Part shown: piece after piece, positions 8,746 through 15,470 of the stretch
Layout: every line of letters begins with the position of its first letter
How positions within the stretch are numbered: position 1 is the first letter of the stretch
Origin: a virus
Lineage: Duplodnaviria > Caudoviricetes
IMG/VR virus record: IMGVR_UViG_3300042440_000042
Span: 1 to 28,982 of that record
Direction: 5' to 3' (one strand)
DNA length: 28,982 nucleotides
Notes under the pieces: generated by a model
What the model was told of the DNA's origin: nothing
Seen by the model: only the letters and a program-made list of their open reading frames with translations
Databases searched by the model: none
Translations under genes and position numbers: made by a program

Positions 8746-8908
8746 CCCACCGCCCAGCATCTGCCCACCCGTGGTGGCGTACAGCTTGGCAGAGCAAGCC
8801 CGTGTCGCAGAGGAGGTCGCTGCGCTGCCCGAGGGGGCGCTGATCGTCGGCTGGCTCGCCGACTACGCCGTTCTACGCGATCAGGCGCGGGCGTGCGCAA
8901 GAAGGTAG
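8654..8908 (+). CDS. Putative outer-membrane lipoprotein spanin (Rz1-like, 84 aa)
   Basis: GGAG at 8643-8646 before ATG 8654. Signal peptide with lipobox FLTG|C, Pro-rich DPPPSICPP and a further Cys near the C-terminus. Overlaps the i-spanin 3' end in the +1 frame. Confidence 0.75.
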   Translation: MPSTVRCWTRPHAALAAVTIFLTGCVGVTSDPPPSICPPVVAYSLAEQARVAEEVAALPEGALIVGWLADYAVLRDQARACARR

Positions 8909-8966
8909 CCAGGAACCCTCGTTCGAAATCGTGGCGCGACTGCGGGCATCCGGCTATTCTCGCCTG

Positions 8967-9332
8967 ATGAACAAAGAAGACGAAAAGCGCATTGCGGCGA
9001 AGCTGGCCAGGATCATGGCCATGCTCTGCGTGCGCAACACGCAGCTGGAGACGCTGCATTCCGGACTAACCCCCGCCACCCGGACCGGCGACTATTCGGA
9101 TGTCTTCGTGGAGGATGCCGATGGGCGGCGCATTCCCTGGTCAGAAGTCTCCCGCATTGATGAGAACGAGATGCGCCAGTTGATGCAGGAGATCATCAAC
9201 CGCCTCTACACGTTCCATCTCGAGGCCAATGATCCCAAGCTGCAGGCAACCATCGAGCGCTGGATGGGCGCCGCGACGAAATGGGATGAGCCGGAAATCG
9301 ATCCCAGGATGATCAGTCGCGGCGCTGAATAA
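8967..9332 (+). CDS. Hypothetical protein (121 aa), moron-like
   Basis: Natural-looking globular sequence (CVRNTQLETLHSG, DYSDVFV, IPWSEVSRI) with GC3-biased codons. ATG 8967 preferred over GTG 8931. Confidence 0.75.
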   Translation: MNKEDEKRIAAKLARIMAMLCVRNTQLETLHSGLTPATRTGDYSDVFVEDADGRRIPWSEVSRIDENEMRQLMQEIINRLYTFHLEANDPKLQATIERWMGAATKWDEPEIDPRMISRGAE

Positions 9333-9479
9333 CGTTGCATCGCATCGGCCGAGACCGCCGTGCTCCTGCGGCCGCAGGCGCGGGCCCGTCATCACCCTCG
9401 GCAAACCCACCAACATTCCAATGGACTGTGCGCGCCCGTCACGCCGTTGTCGCTGTGACCGACGCAAGGAACCCCCGCC

Positions 9480-9680
9480 ATGACCCCGAAACACCCCGGC
9501 ATCACGGTCACGCTCACCGGCCATGATGGCAACGCCTTTGCCGTTCTTGGCCGCTGCCGTGAGGCTGCCACGGACGCTGGCCTCTCCGACGCGGAGATCA
9601 CCGCCTTCATTGCCGAGGCCATGGCAGGCGACTACGATCATCTACTGCAGACCGCCATGCGCTGGTTTGATATACGCTGA
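9480..9680 (+). CDS. Small conserved mobile-element protein of unknown function (66 aa)
   Basis: AAGGA RBS. LTGHDGNAFAVLG...EAMAGDYDHLL pattern, which I recognise from small phage/MGE proteins. Confidence 0.75.
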   Translation: MTPKHPGITVTLTGHDGNAFAVLGRCREAATDAGLSDAEITAFIAEAMAGDYDHLLQTAMRWFDIR

Positions 9681-9750
9681 GGGCGCATTTCCGGGCGCGC
9701 CATCACTGGCCATTGGAACCCTGCGCGAGCACAGATGCGCATTCCGCCAC

Positions 9751-10056
9751 TCACGCTTCTCGATGCGCGTCGGGGTCATCCGGAAGCCGACCCAGCGCCA
9801 CGGCCAGCTCGAAGAAACCCTGCCGCGGCATGTCGCCCGCACGGCTGATCACGAGCGCGGCGATCATCGGGCGATCGGCGGCCACATCCTCGCGCATGGT
9901 CTGCTCCAGCGCTGCTGCGACCTTCTGGATGGTCCCGGGCGGCGACAGGCCGAGTTCGCTGGCCAGCGCCTGATAGGTGATGAAAGGATTGCCTGCGTCG
10001 CGCCGGGTGAGCATTTCGCGGATGCGCGCCGCAAGCGCGATATCGGCATCGCTCAT
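9751..10056 (-). CDS. Putative winged-helix-like small protein (101 aa; possibly truncated by a premature stop)
   Basis: ATGA overlap with the upstream TPR gene. ITYQALASELGL HTH-like segment, RPMIAALVISR and PRQGFF. Confidence 0.7.
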   Translation of the reverse strand: MSDADIALAARIREMLTRRDAGNPFITYQALASELGLSPPGTIQKVAAALEQTMREDVAADRPMIAALVISRAGDMPRQGFFELAVALGRLPDDPDAHREA

Positions 10057-11078
10057 CCGCCCACCCCGAGTCTTTCGGCCACATCTTTGAGGCCCGGATC
10101 TGCGGCATAGATACGCTCGAATTCGCGCCTCGCGCGGGCGCGCTGGCCGGTGTCATGATAGAGTACCGCGCGGTCGTAGCGGATCTGATGCAGAAGCGCC
10201 TCGGGGCGGTCCTTGCGGCGGCGGTTGGCGAGTGTCAGCACATCGATGGCCGCATCCGGCAGGCCCAGCGCCGCCAGCGCCTTCCCACGATAGAGCAGGA
10301 TCGCGGTGTCGACCGGGGATTCGTTCTCCACATGCGTCGTGGCGCGCACCACCCGGTCCATCAGCGCCCTGTCATCAGGCGTGTCGAGTGCCAGTTCGGC
10401 GAAGGACAGCAATACAATCGGGTCGGTGGGATCGACTTCCAGTAGCCGCTCGACATGCGTCATGGCATCGTCGTGGCGGCATTCAATCTGCGCGATCTCG
10501 AGCAGCGCCAGCCGCGTGCCACGCTCGCGCGGGAAGACATGGGCGAAGATGTCGCGGGTAATCGGAAGGCTGGCCTGCGCGGCGATCTCGTATTTGGCAA
10601 ACAGCGCACCCAGATCGTCGATCCGATCTAGCGCGTGCCGGAAGTGCGTCTTCGCGCGGTCAAGCTCCTCGCGGCGCAGGCGGATCATCCCGGCCATCCA
10701 GGCGGCATCGGGCAGATCGCGTGCTTCCTCCAGCGCGGCCAATGCCGCATCCTGATCGCCGTCATTGAGTGCGCGAATGCCGTCGATGAAGCGCCTCTCC
10801 TCGGCCGGGGTCATCAGCCGCTGGAAGAACCCCAGTTTCAAACGGTCGCGCTGCGGCACCTTGGGCGCCGGCGCGGCGCCGCCACGCTCAGCGCGATTGC
10901 GGTCATGGACGGTGTAGAACAGCCCCGTGCCCGGCAAGCCAGCCGTCGCCCGGTTGCCACGCGGGCTGATCGTGTATTTCGCGCCGCGCGGGCCCAGCGA
11001 CAGCGAAGCCGTCGATTTCGACAGGTTCAGCGTCACCCCGGGGGCCAGACGGATGCAGCGCCAGAAACGGAAGGGCAT
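10053..11078 (-). CDS. DUF4236 domain + tetratricopeptide-repeat protein (341 aa)
   Basis: N-terminal FRFWRCIRLAPGVTLNLSKS..SLSLGPRGA...GLPGTGLFY is the DUF4236 signature. The remainder is TPR-like helical pairs (LLYRGKALAALGLPDAAIDVL; RYDRAVLYHDTGQRARARREFERIY). Confidence 0.85.
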   Translation of the reverse strand: MPFRFWRCIRLAPGVTLNLSKSTASLSLGPRGAKYTISPRGNRATAGLPGTGLFYTVHDRNRAERGGAAPAPKVPQRDRLKLGFFQRLMTPAEERRFIDGIRALNDGDQDAALAALEEARDLPDAAWMAGMIRLRREELDRAKTHFRHALDRIDDLGALFAKYEIAAQASLPITRDIFAHVFPRERGTRLALLEIAQIECRHDDAMTHVERLLEVDPTDPIVLLSFAELALDTPDDRALMDRVVRATTHVENESPVDTAILLYRGKALAALGLPDAAIDVLTLANRRRKDRPEALLHQIRYDRAVLYHDTGQRARARREFERIYAADPGLKDVAERLGVGG

Positions 11079-11081
11079 GGT

Positions 11082-11339
11082 TCAGGCCCCCTGCGTACCG
11101 GCGGCGATCCGGTCGAATGTGTCGAGCGCATCCTCCAACGTTTTCACTGCGCCAAATTTCTCGGTTTCCGACATTTTCGGGTTCGAACGTATCGCCTTCG
11201 CGCCCTGCACCAGAGCCTCGCGGACACCCGCCCCCCGGTCAGGCGCGTTCATCGCGATTTGTCCCATCAGGATCTGGATCAGCATGCTCTGCGCCACCAG
11301 CTGTCCCGCGAAAACCTGTGTGTCGTCACTCTTTTTCAT
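11082..11339 (-). CDS. Hypothetical helical protein (85 aa)
   Basis: ATG at 11339 (MKKSDDTQ), with its stop 3 nt before the DUF4236 gene start. First gene of the operon. Confidence 0.65.
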   Translation of the reverse strand: MKKSDDTQVFAGQLVAQSMLIQILMGQIAMNAPDRGAGVREALVQGAKAIRSNPKMSETEKFGAVKTLEDALDTFDRIAAGTQGA

Positions 11340-11617
11340 GGTCGTCCATTTCCCTGTGGTCCGGCCGAAACCGCCCGCCACTTGTCACCGTTTCAGACGT
11401 TTCTAGCCGGAGAGAAAGCACGGATGAAACAGGTGGAATGACATGGCAGCCGTGAGAAGAGCGGTGCTTCTCCGACCGATGCGGATCGTGACGATGTCAT
11501 GCATTGCCTCGAAAGGCGTTGCCGGGACAATCCGCCATCACGCACGCCACATGTTCTTCACTGCGACCGACTACGCAGATGGAGCTTCACCACGCGGTTG
11601 CTACCGTGGTCGGCCTC

Positions 11618-12073
11618 TCATTCAAGATCAGTTTCACCGATCTCCAACCGTCGGCTTTCTGACAGCAACCATTCCGCGACCCTTGCAACGGCAGGCTGGA
11701 TCTTCTCCCGCTTGCGCAGCGCGCATTCCCATATTGTCGCGACTCGCCACCCATCTGCCAGCGCATCGTGTGCGGCTTGATCCCGCCTCACATTCGCGGC
11801 GAATTTCTCCGCCCAGAAATCGGGGCGGGTCGCTGGCTTCGTCGCATAGCGACAGCCTGCGTGACGATGCCAGAAGCAGCCATGCACGAAGATGACGGCC
11901 CGGTGCTTTGCGAGGATCAGATCCGGTCGACCGGGGACACCCTTTCCGTGCAGCCGATACCGGAAGCCGCGCGCATGGAGCGCGCGCCGAAGGACCATCT
12001 CCGGCTTCGTATCCTTGCCCCGGATCCCGGCCATCATTCGGGACCGGGTCTGCTTGTCGACTATATCCGCCAT
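11618..12073 (-). CDS. vsr: Very short patch repair endonuclease
   Basis: RSRMMAGIRGKDTKPE, PGRPD, FVHGCFWHRH, FWAEKFAANVRRD and WEC motifs. Adjacent to a C5 methyltransferase. Confidence 0.97.
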   Translation of the reverse strand: MADIVDKQTRSRMMAGIRGKDTKPEMVLRRALHARGFRYRLHGKGVPGRPDLILAKHRAVIFVHGCFWHRHAGCRYATKPATRPDFWAEKFAANVRRDQAAHDALADGWRVATIWECALRKREKIQPAVARVAEWLLSESRRLEIGETDLE

Positions 12074-12140
12074 TTGGCTCCTGGCTTCTGCTGTCGAACC
12101 TGGTATACAACCTGTGACCCGAATTCGAGAGGCCCCTCAT

Positions 12141-13823
12141 TTGCCAGCCACTTTCGGAATCGTCGATCTGTTTGCCGGTCCTGGCGGGCTGGGCGAGGGC
12201 TTTGCGTCCCAAGAGGTCGACGGCCATTTTCCGTTCCACATCGGCATCTCAGTCGAGAACGAGGCCTCGGCCCACCGCACCCTGACCTTGCGAGCGTTCC
12301 TGCGGGACTTTCACGCGCGGCAAGGGGAACTGCCGCAGACCTTCATCGACTTCCATGCCGGCCTGACGCCCGAGCCTGACTGGGCAGAGGTGGACGGCGC
12401 TGCGTGGCAGCGTGCCGAGGCGGAGGCGCAATGCCTCGAGCTCGGTACGGAACCGGCCGCAGTAGCCATCGACCGCTCCATCAGCACACTTCGCCGGAAT
12501 TTTGACGACACGATCCTGATCGGTGGTCCGCCCTGCCAGGCCTATTCCCTCGTCGGGCGCGCGCGCGCGAAGGGGAAGGTCGGGTATGTCCCCGAGGAGG
12601 ATAAGCGGCACTATCTCTTCCGCGAATACATCCGCGTGCTCGACCGCCTGCGCCCTGCCGCCTTCGTCATGGAGAACGTCAAGGGCATGCTGTCCTCGAC
12701 AATCGAAAGCCGCCTCGTCTTCGAGATGCTGATGGAGGACCTGGCTTCCCTCGGAACCGGCCATGATCATCACTACGAGATGCGGGCGATCCGGGTGTCG
12801 GATGGCAGGGCCAGCCTGCAGGAGGCCGGACAGCCCTCGGATTTCATCGTGCGTGCCGAGGAATTCGGGGTTCCGCAAAGGCGCCACCGCGTCATCATCG
12901 TGGGCATCCGCTCGGATCTGGCAACAAGGGCTACAGGAACGAGTGTGGCGGTTTCGGGGGTGACGCGGACTGTCGGCGACATCATTGGCATGATGCCCGA
13001 ATTACGTAGCGGCCTCAGCCGTGGCCGGGACGATCCATCTCTTTGGCGTCGCGAGGTAGCGGAGGCGGCCAGACTTCTTGCCCAGATTCACAGGGGCAAG
13101 GACGACGGCCCCTTGCGGGATACCTTCTCCTCCGTCGCAAAGCGCTTGAAAAACGCGCCAACAGCTCCGCGCGCGTCGTCACGCCTGCCCGATGCCTACG
13201 GCACCTCGAACGACAAACTCATCGCCTGGCTGGAGCGCCCGAGACTACAGGGCATCGCCCAGCACGAGACACGCGGGCACATGGCCTCGGACCTCGGGCG
13301 GTATCTGTTCGCTGCGGTCTTCGGCGAAGTGCGAGGTTACAGCCCCAAGGCCGCCGATTTCCCGCTCTCGCTCAGCCCCGACCACCGCAACTGGCACAGC
13401 GGCGTCTTCAATGACCGATTCCGTGTCCAGCTGGCCGGGGAGGCATCGACCACGGTCACGAGCCACATCTCCAAGGACGGTCACTACTTCATCCACCCTG
13501 ATCCGATGCAGTGCCGCAGCCTCACCGTGCGCGAGGCGGCGCGGCTTCAGACCTTTCCGGATGACTATCTGTTCCTCGGCAACCGGACGCAGCAGTACGT
13601 CCAGGTCGGCAACGCCGTGCCACCGTTCCTCGCAAGGCAGATCGCACAAATCGTGTTGAACGCCATACCTGCGTCGACACACTGCGTCAGCGCACTGGCC
13701 AGCGAGAGCTGTACGTGGTGCCCACCGACCCGAAGCGGCTTCGCAAGGATCTGTTCGACTGAGGAGCGTGATGGCCTGAAACCGCAGGGCGTCACCGATC
13801 AGTGGCTTCAACCTCCTGCTTGA
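12141..13823 (+). CDS. dcm: DNA (cytosine-5)-methyltransferase (560 aa); specificity unknown
   Basis: Motif I DLFAGPGG, IV GGPPCQAYS, VI MENVKG, VIII QRRHR, IX RSLTVREAARLQTFPD and X YVQVGNAVPP. TTG start at 12141 after GAGAGG RBS; the ORF-track start at 11892 overlaps vsr. Confidence 0.96.
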   Translation: MPATFGIVDLFAGPGGLGEGFASQEVDGHFPFHIGISVENEASAHRTLTLRAFLRDFHARQGELPQTFIDFHAGLTPEPDWAEVDGAAWQRAEAEAQCLELGTEPAAVAIDRSISTLRRNFDDTILIGGPPCQAYSLVGRARAKGKVGYVPEEDKRHYLFREYIRVLDRLRPAAFVMENVKGMLSSTIESRLVFEMLMEDLASLGTGHDHHYEMRAIRVSDGRASLQEAGQPSDFIVRAEEFGVPQRRHRVIIVGIRSDLATRATGTSVAVSGVTRTVGDIIGMMPELRSGLSRGRDDPSLWRREVAEAARLLAQIHRGKDDGPLRDTFSSVAKRLKNAPTAPRASSRLPDAYGTSNDKLIAWLERPRLQGIAQHETRGHMASDLGRYLFAAVFGEVRGYSPKAADFPLSLSPDHRNWHSGVFNDRFRVQLAGEASTTVTSHISKDGHYFIHPDPMQCRSLTVREAARLQTFPDDYLFLGNRTQQYVQVGNAVPPFLARQIAQIVLNAIPASTHCVSALASESCTWCPPTRSGFARICSTEERDGLKPQGVTDQWLQPPA

Positions 13824-15468
13824 TGCGTGCGATGTCCTCGGCTGTACCAACGATTTCCAGCAGGACGTTCGCCCGGCTTGTCGCGACGTAGATCAGTTCG
13901 GGATCAGTCAGCCCATCGATGCCGACAAGAAACACGCATGGGCGTGACAGCCCCTTGAACCGCCGGACTGTGTCAAGGACGATATGATCCGACCGGACGT
14001 CATCGGAACGGCAGGTCGGCTTCCCGGCAATCTTGTCCGGCAGTGACATCGATGTACGGCCACCTCCCACGAGTATCGCTATCTGCCCCGGCAGGACCTG
14101 TCCGGAGCCAAGAAGTTGCGCGACACGATCGCTCACGCGGGAAAAAGCCATTTCCCCATTGCGACACACGAGGCTGCCTACCGGCTCCCCCTCCGGTCCT
14201 GCGGGTGTGCTACGGCGTCCCTCATACCACTTCGTCATCAGGGCATGAATTCGTCGCGTGTTCCGAAGATTGCGCGTCAGTGCTAACGACGATGCAGGAA
14301 GAGCATCTATGAATCCCCTCTCGGGCGAGAACAGGCGCTGGTTGTCGTCATAGAAGACATAGAAGCTCCCGGTTTCGGGGTCGCTGATCGCAAGGCGCAG
14401 GGAGTTCAACCATGAGTCTCGAAAGTCCTGCCCCTCATCGACGATGACGGTATCGAAGGCCAGATCGGGATTGTTGCCGACTGCTTCGACAAGTGCTTCT
14501 GGCAGCAGGCGGTCGAAAAGGGACTGGTCGCCGTCTGTGGGGACGTCGACTCCGGCCTTGTGCGCCAAGGTCCGGCACAACGCATGGAAACTGGCCACCA
14601 CCAGGTTTTCATGAGCCACGCAGACGCTGCGCAGATGAGATGCCAATGGTGCGTTGAAGCAGGTCAGGAGCGTCCGGCGACCCTCGGCGGCCGACCTGAT
14701 CGCCTTTTCGACAGCCAGCACTGTCTTTCCACTGCCAGCTCCTCCCGAGATTGCCATTTCCCTGTTGTCTTCAAGCGAGTCAAGAATGCAGGCCTGTTCA
14801 GACGTGAGCCGCTCGATGGCTCTGGCGTCGTCGGCAAGGTTGATGCCGATATGTGCCTTCAGCTCGAAATGGCTTGCAAGAAGCTCTTCAAGCGCCCTGA
14901 GGCCATCTAGGCCCAGCGGGCTTTCGCGCAAATCGCCACCGTCGGTCATCCGCCGGATAATCCAGCGATCGAGGGCGTCCATGTCGTCGCCGAATGCGAT
15001 TATGTCGAGCGGCGCATCCGGCGCGAGGGCGCGTGCCGGTTTGACGCTCCCGGGAAGGATCGCACCATGGCGTGCCCGGATGAAACGACCGCGGAGCATC
15101 TTGCCGGCATTCAGGCGCTTCAGGAAATGGTGCTTGCTGCTGCGCGCCTGAGACAGCGGGTTCTTGATCCTGAATCTGAACCCATCACGATCCTCGCTGA
15201 GCCACTGGCCATCGTTCTCACGGCAGCTCACCCTCCCGCCCTTTACCTCGAGGAACAGCAAGCCGTGTTCCGCGTGCGCGACAATGAAGTCCGCTTCTCC
15301 GTCAAACTCGGCGCCGTCGGCATCCGCTTCATGCCATGAGCGTGAATAGTAGCAGTTGAAGTCTCCGGGCAACTTGTCCCGCATCCGCTCGTAGACGCGG
15401 ACCTCCGACGACAGTTTCGCATTTTCCAGAACATGTCGCGGCAATTCCCTCGGGTACATGCGCGCCAT
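13792..15468 (-). CDS. NERD (PD-(D/E)xK) nuclease fused to SF1/UvrD-like helicase (558 aa)
   Basis: N-terminal SEVRVY...EADF...LEVKGG...NPLSQA. Walker A GGAGSGKT, Walker B VDEGQD, FYDDNQ, NLRNT, TVRRFKGL and YVATSRA. Confidence 0.9.
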   Translation of the reverse strand: MARMYPRELPRHVLENAKLSSEVRVYERMRDKLPGDFNCYYSRSWHEADADGAEFDGEADFIVAHAEHGLLFLEVKGGRVSCRENDGQWLSEDRDGFRFRIKNPLSQARSSKHHFLKRLNAGKMLRGRFIRARHGAILPGSVKPARALAPDAPLDIIAFGDDMDALDRWIIRRMTDGGDLRESPLGLDGLRALEELLASHFELKAHIGINLADDARAIERLTSEQACILDSLEDNREMAISGGAGSGKTVLAVEKAIRSAAEGRRTLLTCFNAPLASHLRSVCVAHENLVVASFHALCRTLAHKAGVDVPTDGDQSLFDRLLPEALVEAVGNNPDLAFDTVIVDEGQDFRDSWLNSLRLAISDPETGSFYVFYDDNQRLFSPERGFIDALPASSLALTRNLRNTRRIHALMTKWYEGRRSTPAGPEGEPVGSLVCRNGEMAFSRVSDRVAQLLGSGQVLPGQIAILVGGGRTSMSLPDKIAGKPTCRSDDVRSDHIVLDTVRRFKGLSRPCVFLVGIDGLTDPELIYVATSRANVLLEIVGTAEDIARIKQEVEATDR

Positions 15469-15470
15469 GC

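Larger units (their letters stand above)
310..8908 (+). mobile_element. Prophage late region (tail tip, receptor-binding and lysis modules), siphovirus-like
   Basis: Co-directional, mostly overlapping or abutting genes in canonical tail-to-lysis order. No integrase, att site or head genes are visible in the window. Confidence 0.9.

Noticed and set aside
11340-11617. Possible ncRNA or terminator in the 278-bp gap (imperfect hairpin 11589-11610, other short inverted repeats)
   Set aside because: Stems are short or imperfect with no U-tract, and no RNA family was recognised. An Rfam or covariation search would be needed.
11892-12140. N-terminal extensions given by the ORF track (MTase from 11892; also 5151, 6203, 8194, 8516, 17459, 25761)
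   Set aside because: They overlap neighbouring genes. Internal starts with an RBS or ATGA/TGATG coupling explain the proteins better.
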